DNA from: Acidimicrobiia bacterium
GTDB lineage: Bacteria; Actinomycetota; Acidimicrobiia; Spongiisociales; ZC4RG35
Length of the DNA stretch: 64,000 nucleotides
Assembly (NCBI GenBank): GCA_044867525.1
Contig: JBIOVB010000024.1
Coordinates: 2,472-66,471 of the forward strand
Direction: 5' to 3'
Numbering within the stretch: the stretch's first letter is position 1; each line of letters begins with the position of its first letter. Below the pieces are notes generated by a model. The model had not been told where the DNA came from. It made no database searches and worked only from the letters and a program-made list of their open reading frames with translations. Made by a program: the position numbers and the translations under genes. Positions 28,450 to 38,495 of this stretch are shown here, one piece after another.

Positions 28450-29139
28450 TCAGAGATGAGTGGCCAACATCGAGATCGCAAGGAGGGGCACGGCGATGGA
28501 GAGAAGGCGAAGCGGGCGTTCCCAGGTGCCGAGGAGGTCGGAACGCTCCCATCCTGTGACCTCCAAACGTTCGTCGGTGCGCCGCAACCGCCTTGCCGGT
28601 GTGCTCAGCTCACGCTGCACCCGACTCAGCATCGTGGCCGTGGCCGCGATGAGCAGTGCACCCCAGGAGAGGCTGAGCGTCTGCGACCAATAGCCGACCA
28701 GGGCCGGGAATGCCCCCCAGGCGACCGCGAATCCCCAGTTGGAGTGGAGGATCGGGGACCATTCCAGGGCGTAACCCGCGGCCAGCAGGACCCCGACAGC
28801 CGCCCAGGCCAGGACCAGCGGGTCGACGACGAACGCTCCTACGACGCCGACCGCCGCACCGGCGACTACCCCTCCGATTCCCACAGCCCAGAGCGCGCGA
28901 TCGCTGAGCCCGGTACGGAGCGGGCGGTCATGGGCCTCGTCGAGTGCATGTGCTCCGATGCCGAGCCCGAAGAAGAAGGCGAGGAGGGCACCGGCGAGGA
29001 TCATCCAGTCCAGGTCCGGTGCCAATGCTGCGCCCAGAGCGACATATGAGATGTGCCACAGGGTGTAGGGAGGGTGGAGCAGGGTGACCAGGTCGCGCCA
29101 TGAGGACCCGGAGCGGGCATAGAAGGCTCGCTCGGTCAT
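28450..29139 (-). CDS. Polytopic membrane protein, distantly UbiA-prenyltransferase-like
   Basis: ATG at 29139 overlaps the upstream stop (ATGA). AHALDEAHDRPLRTG resembles an Asp-rich UbiA motif. About 7 hydrophobic segments. Confidence 0.55.
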   Translation of the reverse strand: MTERAFYARSGSSWRDLVTLLHPPYTLWHISYVALGAALAPDLDWMILAGALLAFFFGLGIGAHALDEAHDRPLRTGLSDRALWAVGIGGVVAGAAVGVVGAFVVDPLVLAWAAVGVLLAAGYALEWSPILHSNWGFAVAWGAFPALVGYWSQTLSLSWGALLIAATATMLSRVQRELSTPARRLRRTDERLEVTGWERSDLLGTWERPLRLLSIAVPLLAISMLATHL

Positions 29140-29858
29140 GTCCGCCTCCCCCATATCAAGAACCCGCCGCCGAGAGACATCGAGCGCCATCGAACGTCGT
29201 CGAGACCGACCCGCCCCCAGATCGCGGCCAGCTGTTCAGGGGTGCGTCCGGACCAGAATCGGTCGATGCTGGGCCCGAGGAATCGGCCAACCTCCCACCA
29301 TCCATGGCCGATGGCCGCCCCGGCTAGTGGAAGCCCGAGCCGCGTGTAGAGCCACCACAACGGCCCCCATAGCCCGCGTGGGCGTCCGAAGTCGAGGGCG
29401 GCGACGACGCCGCCGGGTCGCACCACCCTCGCAAGTTCGGCTATCGCACCTGGGAGGTCCTCAACGTATCGGAGCAGGTACCCGGAGGTGACCCCGTCCA
29501 CAGATCCGTCGGGGAGCGGGAGTTGCTCCGCCGTCGCCAGGACTCGAAGGCCACCCGGTTCGTCGAATCGAGCCAACATGTCGGGGCACTGATCCAGCGC
29601 AACTACCCGATGGCCCGCGGCGCGTAGCGACCTGGAGATCGATCCGGTTCCGGCAGCGACGTCGAGAACCAGAGAGCCCGGCTGAAGCCCAAGGCCCAGC
29701 ACCAATGCCTGCCGCCAACGTCGGTCCTGGCCAAGGCTGAGAGTCGCTGCCCAGCGCTCGTAATCAACCGCGATCGGATGAAAGAGGCGTGAAGCGACCC
29801 TGGGTGGCGATGTCACGGGTCGAAGGTACCGATGATCCTCGCCCCGCGGGTGTGCCAC
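29136..29858 (-). CDS. Class I SAM-dependent methyltransferase (UbiE/COQ5-like)
   Basis: VLDVAAGTGSISRSLRAAGHRVVALDQCPDML. Confidence 0.8.
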   Translation of the reverse strand: MAHPRGEDHRYLRPVTSPPRVASRLFHPIAVDYERWAATLSLGQDRRWRQALVLGLGLQPGSLVLDVAAGTGSISRSLRAAGHRVVALDQCPDMLARFDEPGGLRVLATAEQLPLPDGSVDGVTSGYLLRYVEDLPGAIAELARVVRPGGVVAALDFGRPRGLWGPLWWLYTRLGLPLAGAAIGHGWWEVGRFLGPSIDRFWSGRTPEQLAAIWGRVGLDDVRWRSMSLGGGFLIWGRRT

Positions 29859-29861
29859 GCT

Positions 29862-30224
29862 TTAGGAAACGGTCACCCCGGTCGACATTCCCTCTTCGAA
29901 ATGATCGATCACGTTCCCGTCATCATCCTGGGCCACGATCCGGCAGGTGAACGAATAGTCGCCCGGGCCCATATCGACGGATAGCGAGGTGGTCTCGCCT
30001 GGGGCGACCACGTCACCCGCCGAGACGACATGGCCGCCGGAGTCGGTGATGACCAGCGTGTGGGGATACTCCCCTCCGTTCGTCACCGTCAGGACGACAG
30101 TCCCCGCCTGGAGCGTGGTCACGCCGGGATCGAGCCCGAATTCGTAGAGCTCCACGTCGGTGGAGGAGGCGGCCACCGTCTGGCAGGCTGCGAGCGCGAG
30201 TAGGAGGAGGGCGAGCCTTCTCAC
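29862..30224 (-). CDS. Cupredoxin-like lipoprotein
   Basis: GTG at 30224 overlaps the HK stop (GTGA). Lipobox LLALAAC. GEYPHTL...GDYSFTC...HFEEGM. Confidence 0.7.
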   Translation of the reverse strand: MRRLALLLLALAACQTVAASSTDVELYEFGLDPGVTTLQAGTVVLTVTNGGEYPHTLVITDSGGHVVSAGDVVAPGETTSLSVDMGPGDYSFTCRIVAQDDDGNVIDHFEEGMSTGVTVS

Positions 30225-31696
30225 GCCGTCACCACCACTTCGCGCACGTTGACCACCGGGAGGGCGAGGGTGAACGTGGTGCCTTCCGACGAGGTCCACA
30301 CCATGAGCGAAGCGCTCATCGCCTCGGTCATCAGCTTTGCCATGTAGAGCCCGAGCCCGGTGCCAGAGCTGCGACTGTCCTTTTCGAACTTCTCGAAGGC
30401 GCGGGGCAGGAACTCTTCCCGGATTCCGGGCCCGTCGTCGGAGACCGATATGTAGATCGCCGGGTCAGGCGGGGAACCGACAGTGATCAGCGACTCGTGG
30501 ATCTCCGCGGTGCTGCAGTGAATTCGAACATTGCGCGCCCCATGGGTGAAGGCGTTGTCCGCAAGTGACGAGCACAGGTTGCGCAAGGTCTGCAGGTCGG
30601 TCATCACCACCGGCTCGTCACCGTCGCCGTGGCAATCGGACCCATGGCTCGAGATCACCTTGGCGTGAGAAATGGCCACTGCCTCGCATACCTCGGAAAA
30701 CGGCACTCGCTGCGGGCTGAAGGAGAGCCCACGGTTCTCCACCCTGGCGACGGCCAACAGCTGGTCGATCATTGACTGCAGCCTTCGCCCGTCGTGAACC
30801 AATGCCTCCAGGATCTCGTCCCTGTCCACGCTGTCGTGGTCGCTCATCATCAGCAGCTCGGCTCCGGTGACGACGCTGGTGAGGGGGGTCCTCAACTCGT
30901 GGTTGATCATCAGCACGAACTCGGCGCGGATCCGGTTCTTCTCCTCGGCGAGAGCAAGCGCCGCCTCGGCGCTGCGTCGGGCAATCTCCAGCTCCGAGTT
31001 GTGGGTCTGCAGCGATTCGGACTCCTTGCGTAGGAAATCCGATTCGAGAGCCATTTCCCGGTAACGCTGGATCGAGTGGGATCTTCCGATCATGACCAAG
31101 AGTGTGGCGAGGGCGAACAACACCGCACCCACCGCCATTTGAATTGTCGGGGTCTGGATGCCGAGCGCCCCGGATCGACGCGAGAGGAGTGCCGAGATGT
31201 CGTACTCCATGAGCAGCGCCGTGCCGTCGTCGTCGGGCAGCAATGCCATGTAGACCACTTCGCCCGCGTCCCATTCCGTGACGCCGTCGATGTCCACCGG
31301 CTGGTCGACCGGAGCGGCAACGGCCGCGAATCGACCTGAGGTCAGGGCATATAGGAGCACAGGGTTCTCAACTGAAGAGCCGACGGATGGGTCCGACGTG
31401 GCCGCTGTGATCGTCCCCCCGGCATCGACAAGGGCCACGCTTTCGATATCGAGCGAGTTGCGAAGCCGGCGCACTGCGTCCGCTTCGGAGTCTCCATCGT
31501 CGATCCATGCCTCGATCTGGTTCAGGCCTGTCCGCGCCTCGTCATAGAAGAGCTGCCCCTCACCAATTGGTCGAGTCGCCTCACGCTGATATGCGACGGC
31601 AGCTATGACCAGCACGATCGAGATGACCCCGAAAACCGCGGTCAACGCGATCCACCATCGGGACGGGCGCGTCCCATGCGAGCTGCGTGGCGCCAT
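30221..31696 (-). CDS. Sensor histidine kinase with no cognate response regulator adjacent
   Basis: Two TM segments flank an extracytoplasmic domain. H-box INHELRTPLTS. DDGPGI and GTGLGL boxes. Confidence 0.88.
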   Translation of the reverse strand: MAPRSSHGTRPSRWWIALTAVFGVISIVLVIAAVAYQREATRPIGEGQLFYDEARTGLNQIEAWIDDGDSEADAVRRLRNSLDIESVALVDAGGTITAATSDPSVGSSVENPVLLYALTSGRFAAVAAPVDQPVDIDGVTEWDAGEVVYMALLPDDDGTALLMEYDISALLSRRSGALGIQTPTIQMAVGAVLFALATLLVMIGRSHSIQRYREMALESDFLRKESESLQTHNSELEIARRSAEAALALAEEKNRIRAEFVLMINHELRTPLTSVVTGAELLMMSDHDSVDRDEILEALVHDGRRLQSMIDQLLAVARVENRGLSFSPQRVPFSEVCEAVAISHAKVISSHGSDCHGDGDEPVVMTDLQTLRNLCSSLADNAFTHGARNVRIHCSTAEIHESLITVGSPPDPAIYISVSDDGPGIREEFLPRAFEKFEKDSRSSGTGLGLYMAKLMTEAMSASLMVWTSSEGTTFTLALPVVNVREVVVTA

Positions 31697-31755
31697 GGGG
31701 AGAAAATCGGCGCTTGGGCACCATCTCTTGAGTCAGGAACCGCCCGGGTGGGCCC

Positions 31756-33570
31756 TCATGTGCGCTGGGTGGAGGTGTGCCAATCGACAAAACGCCCCAT
31801 CCGCCGGTAGAAATCGATCTGCGGCTCTCGATGCAGCAGACCGTGCGCTTCGGCCGGGTAGCTGACGAATTCGAATTGCTTGCCGTGGAGCTGAAGCGCT
31901 TCCAGCAGCTCCTCGGCCTGCTTGTAATGGGTCCGCGGGTCTTTCTCCCCGTGGACGAAGAGGAGAGGAACCTCGATATTGGCCACGTCGAAGATCGGTG
32001 AGGCGGCTCGATAGGCCTCGGGTTCGTCCTCCGGGTGCCCAAGGAGCCTGAGGAACTCGTCGTGCCCGACCACGTCGGTCTGTTCCCACGAAGTGAACAT
32101 GTTGTAGTCGCCGTACTTGGCGACACCGCACACAAACGGATTGTCGGCTCGGCAGAGGGCGGCCACGGTGAGATAGGCCCCGTAAGAGGCCCCGAAGATG
32201 ACAATCCGGCGGGGGTCGACCCAGTCGAGGCTCGCCAGGTACCGGGCGGCGGCGATGCAATCGTCGGTGTCAGCAACCCCGAGTCGGCGATGGTTGGCCC
32301 TTTCGAACCCGAGACCGTACGTGGTGGATCCCCGGAAGTTGATCCCCATCCATCCATATCCCTTCTCGATGAAGTGTTGAGCATGGCCGTCCCATTCTTC
32401 GCCATAGAAGGAGGTAGGCCCCCCGTGGGCGTAGAGGATCACTGGAGCCGGGGTCCTGGCGTTCGCCGGTCGTGTTATGAAGCCTTCGATCTCGAGGCCG
32501 TCCAGCGATCGGAATGTGACTCGGTCGAATCCGGCCGGCTCGACAGACGCCAACCCCTGCGGCGTCCCGTCGAGCAGAGTCCGATGCCTGCCGTCCGCGT
32601 CGAGATGAACCAGGCGGGGCGAGGTCTCCCACGACTCGTGGGCGGCGATGATCCCGTCGCGAATTGCAACCGGCTCGCTCCAAACCCCGCCGCGAGCGAT
32701 GACCGTGATCTCGCCGTGGAGATCGACCCTCACCAGATCGATCGCACCCCGGTTGGCAGCGGTGGCAACGAGGAAGGTCCCGTCGAAGGACCATGTGGGG
32801 GAGCCGAGGTCGAAGTCACCCTCGGCGAGGAGGCGATGCTCGCCGGTCTCGAGATCGGCGAGAAAGAGGGCTGACCGATCCTCGGTCTCCCGGAGGTATG
32901 CAACCCGGCTGCCATGGGCTCGCGCCGAGTGGGCGCGGCGATCGGGGTGGCCAACGATCACCTTCCATGTTCCATCGGGCTCGACCTGGACGATGTCGGA
33001 ACGATTCATGTCCGAGTTGGGGTAATAGGTGGTGAGAAACGTCCCGTTGTCGGTGACGATCGGGTCAGTCACCTGGCCTTCTTCGGGCCCAACCATCTCC
33101 TGTTGCGTCCCGTCCGCATCCACGATTGCGAGTCGAGACCGAAGGCCGACCTCGGCGATGATCACCATTCGGCTGTTGTCGACCCACGTGCCAAGCGACC
33201 CTTTGATCAGGTTGAGATCCGGTCCGGCGTCCGCGTCGACGACACGGACCCCACCTTCGTCGGCATAGGCCAACCTGGAGCCATCAGGGGAGAAGACCGG
33301 TGCTGCGTCGTCCCAATAGGCAGTCGGTGCCCGACCCCTGCTGATCCGCTGCCGGTTGCCGTCGATATCGATGGACCACACATCGAAGGTCCCGTCCAGG
33401 TCGAGCACGAAGGCAACGCTCGAGCCATCCGGCGAGGCAGCCAGGTCATGAGGGCGAGCCATGGCCCAGATCGCCTCGAGACCCCACCGCTCGGGCCTTT
33501 CGGATCCGGTCAGCTCCTTGCTCGGCTCGCCGCCGAGCACCTCACGGCCTATCCAGATCGCATCGGACAC
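31756..33570 (-). CDS. S9-family serine peptidase (beta-propeller + prolyl-oligopeptidase-type domain)
   Basis: FGASYGAY nucleophile motif. The N-terminal repeated SPDGS... pattern is typical of TolB-like propellers. Confidence 0.88.
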   Translation of the reverse strand: MSDAIWIGREVLGGEPSKELTGSERPERWGLEAIWAMARPHDLAASPDGSSVAFVLDLDGTFDVWSIDIDGNRQRISRGRAPTAYWDDAAPVFSPDGSRLAYADEGGVRVVDADAGPDLNLIKGSLGTWVDNSRMVIIAEVGLRSRLAIVDADGTQQEMVGPEEGQVTDPIVTDNGTFLTTYYPNSDMNRSDIVQVEPDGTWKVIVGHPDRRAHSARAHGSRVAYLRETEDRSALFLADLETGEHRLLAEGDFDLGSPTWSFDGTFLVATAANRGAIDLVRVDLHGEITVIARGGVWSEPVAIRDGIIAAHESWETSPRLVHLDADGRHRTLLDGTPQGLASVEPAGFDRVTFRSLDGLEIEGFITRPANARTPAPVILYAHGGPTSFYGEEWDGHAQHFIEKGYGWMGINFRGSTTYGLGFERANHRRLGVADTDDCIAAARYLASLDWVDPRRIVIFGASYGAYLTVAALCRADNPFVCGVAKYGDYNMFTSWEQTDVVGHDEFLRLLGHPEDEPEAYRAASPIFDVANIEVPLLFVHGEKDPRTHYKQAEELLEALQLHGKQFEFVSYPAEAHGLLHREPQIDFYRRMGRFVDWHTSTQRT

Positions 33571-33580
33571 CTGCCCCTCC

Positions 33581-34639
33581 TCAGGTCTCGAAGGCGGACA
33601 AGATAGCCATCACGTCCTGGCCCAACGACTCGAGGTGATAGCCGCCTTCCTGGATGAGGACCGTGGGGAGGCCGAGCGAGACGATGGCATGGCCCGCCAT
33701 CGCGAAACCTTGGTTGGTCACCCGGAGCGGGCTCTCGGGATCGGACGCACCTGCATCAACGCCCAGGGAGACCACCAGGACCTCGGCGCCCAGCCCGTCC
33801 ACCCACTCGCAAGCCCGAGCCAGGTTGTCGGTGAACACGCCATCGCCCGAACCGGGGGCCATCGGCAGGTTGAGGTTGGCGCCTCGGCCCGGTCCCAGAC
33901 CGATCTCGTCGTCGAACCCGCACCAGTGGGGGAACCAGCCCGCTCCGGGATCGACATGTGTCGACACGTAGGCGACCTCGGATCGCTCGTAGAAGATCTC
34001 CTGGGTCCCGTTCCCATGATGGGCGTCGATGTCGAGGATGGCCACTCGCTCCACCCCATTCCGGATCAGCCACTGCGCGGACACCGCGGCACTGTTCAGG
34101 TAGCAGGATCCGCCGAAATACCTGCTCCCGGCATGGTGCCCCGGTGGCCTGACCGGCGCATAGGCGGCACGGGCGCCGGCGCGGACCAGGCCTGCCGCGG
34201 TGAGGGCGCCGTCGACCGCGGCGCGGGCGCCCTGGTAGGTCCCGGGACCGATGACTGTTGCGGTGTCCATGCAATACACGCCGGCCATGGCCGCCCGGCT
34301 CGTTGGCAGTCGCACCGGGTAATGACGCACCGCCGCCGGGTGGGGAAAGGCATAGGCCACCACCCGGTCGACGCCGGGGTCCTCGTGGTACCCGGCCTCG
34401 ATCCACCGGGCATGAGCCGTCTCCAGGTAGTCGATCATCCCTTTGTCGTGCACTGCCTCGATATCACGCCGATCCTGGGCCTCGGCCTCGACGATCGGGA
34501 CGCCGTGCTCCTCCAACGCACCCTTGAGAATCAGAGCCCGATCGGCTTCCTCGTCGCCGGGCAGTCGGGCACCGACCCACACCAGCCAGTTGGCGTCGTG
34601 GGCCAGATAGCCCTCAGACCACACAGCGGTGAGCGTCAA
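33581..34639 (-). CDS. Histone-deacetylase-family amidohydrolase (acetylpolyamine/acetoin-utilisation type)
   Basis: RPPGHHA, DIDAHHGNGTQEIFY, SLGVDA motifs. TTG start overlaps the upstream stop. Confidence 0.88.
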   Translation of the reverse strand: MTLTAVWSEGYLAHDANWLVWVGARLPGDEEADRALILKGALEEHGVPIVEAEAQDRRDIEAVHDKGMIDYLETAHARWIEAGYHEDPGVDRVVAYAFPHPAAVRHYPVRLPTSRAAMAGVYCMDTATVIGPGTYQGARAAVDGALTAAGLVRAGARAAYAPVRPPGHHAGSRYFGGSCYLNSAAVSAQWLIRNGVERVAILDIDAHHGNGTQEIFYERSEVAYVSTHVDPGAGWFPHWCGFDDEIGLGPGRGANLNLPMAPGSGDGVFTDNLARACEWVDGLGAEVLVVSLGVDAGASDPESPLRVTNQGFAMAGHAIVSLGLPTVLIQEGGYHLESLGQDVMAILSAFET

Positions 34640-35943
34640 GGCAGTGCTTCCAGGGAGAGGCTGAGCCGGTCGACTATCAAGTCGACCTCATCATCGAGGA
34701 GTGTGAGCGGAGGGCCGATAAGCAGGAAATCACCGTTGGTGCCGTCGGCATTCCCGATGGAGGGATAGAGGAGCAGCCCGTTCTCCTTTGCCCGGCCAAC
34801 GATTCTCTCCGCCACCCGCTCCGACCTCTGGTACGGGCTCTTGCTTGCCCGGTCCGCGACCAACTCGACGCACGCGAAGAGCCCCTTCCCCCGAACGTCA
34901 CCCACCCGGGGGTGGTCGCCGATGGCTCGCCGCAGTCCTTGGAGGAGGCGTTCCCCCTGAGTGCGTGACCTGTCGATCAATCGAAGGCTTTTGATACGGT
35001 CGAGAACCGCCAGCCCTACAGCCGCCCCCACCGGGTGATGGGACCAGGTGAAACCGTGGATGAGGCCACCACCCTCGCTGATGGTGTCGTGGACTCCTCC
35101 GGAGCTCACCGCCAGACCAATCGGCCAGTAACCGCTGGAAGCACCTTTTCCCGCCACCAGGAGGTCCGGCTCGAGGTCGTAGTGATCACTGGCGAACCAT
35201 TCACCGGTCCTCCCGAAGCCGGTCATCACCTCGTCGGCGATGATGAGGACCCCGTGGCGACGGCAGATATCGGCAATCATGGCCCAGTAGCCATCTGGTG
35301 GAAGCGCGGCTCCACTGGCGGCGCCTCCTATCGGCTCCACCACGAAGGCGGCGACCCGATGGGGCCCGACCTCATGGATCGTCGACTCCAAGGCGGCGGC
35401 ATGCCACGCCGCACACTCCTGGGGATGATCGGGGTTCGGGCACCGGTATTCGCCGACACCAGGCACCCGTACCGTTTGACCGAGCCAGGGGAGATAGGGA
35501 CTGCGCAACGCCTCACGCCCCGACACGTCGAGGGCGCCCCGGGTGTTGCCGTGATACGAAGAGCCGCGAGCGATGATCACCGAGCGCTCGGGACGTCCCG
35601 CGGCGAGGTGATAGGCCCGCGCCATCTTGAGAGCGGTTTCCATCGCTTCCGAGCCCCCGGACACCGGGTAGACCCTCGCCTCTCCCATCGGCACCAATGC
35701 GACGACCTCGGCGGCGTATGCCTCCATCGCATCGGTGGTGAAGGCCGAGCCATGGACGTAGGACAGTTTCGCCATCTGTGCTGAGACCGCCTCGGCGATG
35801 CCTGCATCGCCGTGTCCGATCCCGACGACGATCGCCCCACCGGCCGCGTCCAGGTATTGCTTTCCGTCGCGGTCGGTAATCCAGGCACCACTGGCGGAGA
35901 CAGCCGTCGGCAATCCCACGCCGCGGGAAAACACCGAGCTCAT
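34636..35943 (-). CDS. Class-III (omega) aminotransferase
   Basis: ATG at 35943. SGGSEAMETALK and ADEVMTGFGRTGEWFA motifs. Confidence 0.88.
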   Translation of the reverse strand: MSSVFSRGVGLPTAVSASGAWITDRDGKQYLDAAGGAIVVGIGHGDAGIAEAVSAQMAKLSYVHGSAFTTDAMEAYAAEVVALVPMGEARVYPVSGGSEAMETALKMARAYHLAAGRPERSVIIARGSSYHGNTRGALDVSGREALRSPYLPWLGQTVRVPGVGEYRCPNPDHPQECAAWHAAALESTIHEVGPHRVAAFVVEPIGGAASGAALPPDGYWAMIADICRRHGVLIIADEVMTGFGRTGEWFASDHYDLEPDLLVAGKGASSGYWPIGLAVSSGGVHDTISEGGGLIHGFTWSHHPVGAAVGLAVLDRIKSLRLIDRSRTQGERLLQGLRRAIGDHPRVGDVRGKGLFACVELVADRASKSPYQRSERVAERIVGRAKENGLLLYPSIGNADGTNGDFLLIGPPLTLLDDEVDLIVDRLSLSLEALP

Positions 35944-36019
35944 CGTGGCTGGGGCGGGATCATCGGGTTGGGCACGATAGGCCCCGAGGTACCGTGCCGA
36001 TCCGAAAGGTGGTGACGAA

Positions 36020-37087
36020 GTGGCCAGGCTCAGGGATATCGGTGCCGGTATCGGCACCCTCCGAACGGGCCAAACCAATGGCATCACCGACGTGCCCGGA
36101 GTCCTCGTCGGGCATCAAACGGTTGTCCGCGATGAGCCCTCTGTGATCCGCACCGGGGTCACCATGGTCGTCCCCCGTGAAGGAGGGATTTGGACCGATT
36201 ACGCATACGCCGGCTCATTCGTCTTCAACGGAAATGGTGAGATGACCGGGCTCCCCTGGGTCGAGGAATCGGGCATGCTCGGCTCTCCGATCGGCTTGAC
36301 CAGCACTTTCCAGGTGGGTCTGGTCCGCGACTTCCTTGCCAAGGAGTCGGTCAGGGTCGGGGTCGTCGACGACTTCATGCTCCCGGTGGTCGGCGAGACC
36401 TGGGACGGCTGGCTCAGTGACGGCGCGGCCTTCCCCCTCACCGACGGCGACGCCGAGCAAGCTCTCCGGTCGGCGGCAGGCGACGTGGTGGTCGAGGGTG
36501 CCGTTGGTGGCGGCACCGGGATGATCTGTCACGAGTTCAAGTCAGGGATCGGGACCTCTTCGCGGGTTGTCGACCTCTTGGGGCGCGAGTACACGGTCGG
36601 GATCCTGGTCCAGTCCAACTACGGGAGCAGGGAAGACCTGCGCATACGGGGGATTCCGGTCGGACGGTTGATCGACACCGCGATGGTCCCGTCTCCCTGG
36701 GATGAGGCCCCAGCCGGGGGCTCGATCATCGCGATCATCGCAACCGATGCTCCGCTCCTCCCCGGCCAGTGCAAGAGGTTGGCGAGGCGGGCCACCGTCG
36801 GGCTGGCCCGCACCGGGGGTTACGGTCACGATTCGAGCGGGGACATGTTCCTGGCGTTCTCGACGGGCAACCACCTGGAAGAGCGGCCGGGCAGGTTGCG
36901 GGAGGTCAGTTCGCTGCCAAACGAGTCGATGGACCCGTTGATCCATGCCGTCGCCGACGCCACCGAAGAGTCGATCGTGAATGCCCTGCTCGCCGCGGAG
37001 ACGATGACCGGGCATTTGGGTCGGGTCGCCCACGCCATTCCGCTGGAGCGAGTACGGGAGATCCTGGGCAGCGCGACCCTGCCCTGA
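36020..37087 (+). CDS. DmpA/BapA-type (S58, Ntn) aminopeptidase
   Basis: [13 protein letters not shown], and the self-processing region [14 protein letters not shown] start with AAGGTGG SD. Confidence 0.82.
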   Translation: MARLRDIGAGIGTLRTGQTNGITDVPGVLVGHQTVVRDEPSVIRTGVTMVVPREGGIWTDYAYAGSFVFNGNGEMTGLPWVEESGMLGSPIGLTSTFQVGLVRDFLAKESVRVGVVDDFMLPVVGETWDGWLSDGAAFPLTDGDAEQALRSAAGDVVVEGAVGGGTGMICHEFKSGIGTSSRVVDLLGREYTVGILVQSNYGSREDLRIRGIPVGRLIDTAMVPSPWDEAPAGGSIIAIIATDAPLLPGQCKRLARRATVGLARTGGYGHDSSGDMFLAFSTGNHLEERPGRLREVSSLPNESMDPLIHAVADATEESIVNALLAAETMTGHLGRVAHAIPLERVREILGSATLP

Positions 37088-37100
37088 TCAACCGATCGGT

Positions 37101-38495
37101 TCAGGCGGATTGGTCTTCGGCCGCCGTCGAGGTCGGCAGATGGCTGGGGAGCCGGGCACGGAATGTGGTCCCGTCGGCACCGGTCTCGAAGTCGAGCTGT
37201 CCCCCGTGGCGGGCCACGATGGAGTGCACGGTGGCCAGGCCGAGGCCGGTTCCCTGCCCCGGCTCCTTGGTGGTGAAGAACGGGTCGAAGATCCTCGAGG
37301 CGACTTCGTCAGGTATCCCGGAGCCGGTGTCGCCGATGGTGACCACGACCCCGTCACCATCTCCCTTGGCGGTGATCCTCAAGGTGCCTGCCCCACCCAT
37401 TGCGAATATGGCGTTGTCGATCAGGTTGATCCATACCTGACTCAACTCTGCCCCATATGCCTCGATGGAGGGCAGGTCCGGGTCGTAGTCCTTTTCCAGC
37501 TTGGTCCCCGTCTTCAACTTGTGCTTGACGAGAACCAGCGCATTGTCGATCGACGCCCTCACATCAACCGACTGCACCGAGCCCTGGTCGAGGTAGGAGA
37601 ACTCCTTGACCGCCTGGATCAGCTCCGAGACCCGATCGGCCCCGATCTTCACCTCCTTGGAGACCTGGATCCCCAGAAGCCGGAGCCCCAGCCAGCGGAG
37701 GAGATCGGCGCGGCTCTCGGGATCGGTGCCTCCTGCAACCTCGGCTAGAGACTCCGCTGTCCACCCGGCGTCGAGCAGTGGCGGCGCCAGCTCCCAAGCG
37801 TCCTTGACTCCCTGCTCGGAAAGCCAATCTCCAAGTGTGTCCTCTGCGTCGGCGCGGGCCACGGCACTCATCTCCGCATCGGCTGCCTCCGGGGGGAGCT
37901 CTTCGGGGAGAGGGATCCCCTTCGCCGACAACCTGCGGGCGGTGTCCCCGAGGTGTTCGATGATCGCGCCGCTGGCGTTGGTGCCATGGCGTACGGCAGC
38001 CATCGGGTTGTTGAGCTCGTGCATCAAGCCGGCTGCCATCCGGCCCAGGCCGGCCATCCGCTCCTCGCTCCGGACCAGGGTCTCCGTCTCCCTGAGCCGG
38101 GAGGTGACCATCCTCAACATCTTCAGGACCAGTGTCGGGTTCTCCAGGAGCTCACCAAAGGTCTCGGAGGGGACTTTGATGTATTCGACGTCGGTGAGAG
38201 CGGTGACACTGGCGATCCGGGGCACGTCGTCGAGCAGAGAGATCTCGCCCAGTACCTGCCCCGCGCCAACCCTGGCCACAGAGATCACCCGACCCCCGCT
38301 GAGCTTGGTCACTTCCAACTCGCCGTCGGTTACCACGTAGAGACCATCGCTTCGTGACCCCTCTTCGATGATGACCTCGCCGGGCGCGGCATGCAGCTGT
38401 TCGGAGGCGATGCAAACCCTCAGGAGCAGGCGCTCAGGAAGGTCGGCGAAGTAGGGCAGCTTCTTCAGCTGATCGAAGATCGAGATGTCGTTCAC
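37101..38495 (-). CDS. Cyclic-nucleotide-binding domain + histidine kinase
   Basis: GTG at 38495 overlaps the upstream stop (GTGA). cNMP motif [18 protein letters not shown]-box [17 protein letters not shown] and GTGLGL boxes. Confidence 0.85.
   Translation of the reverse strand: MNDISIFDQLKKLPYFADLPERLLLRVCIASEQLHAAPGEVIIEEGSRSDGLYVVTDGELEVTKLSGGRVISVARVGAGQVLGEISLLDDVPRIASVTALTDVEYIKVPSETFGELLENPTLVLKMLRMVTSRLRETETLVRSEERMAGLGRMAAGLMHELNNPMAAVRHGTNASGAIIEHLGDTARRLSAKGIPLPEELPPEAADAEMSAVARADAEDTLGDWLSEQGVKDAWELAPPLLDAGWTAESLAEVAGGTDPESRADLLRWLGLRLLGIQVSKEVKIGADRVSELIQAVKEFSYLDQGSVQSVDVRASIDNALVLVKHKLKTGTKLEKDYDPDLPSIEAYGAELSQVWINLIDNAIFAMGGAGTLRITAKGDGDGVVVTIGDTGSGIPDEVASRIFDPFFTTKEPGQGTGLGLATVHSIVARHGGQLDFETGADGTTFRARLPSHLPTSTAAEDQSA

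Noticed and set aside
33461-34768. 435-aa plus-strand ORF
   Set aside because: It is antisense to the HDAC-family gene, which carries DIDAHHGNGTQ.
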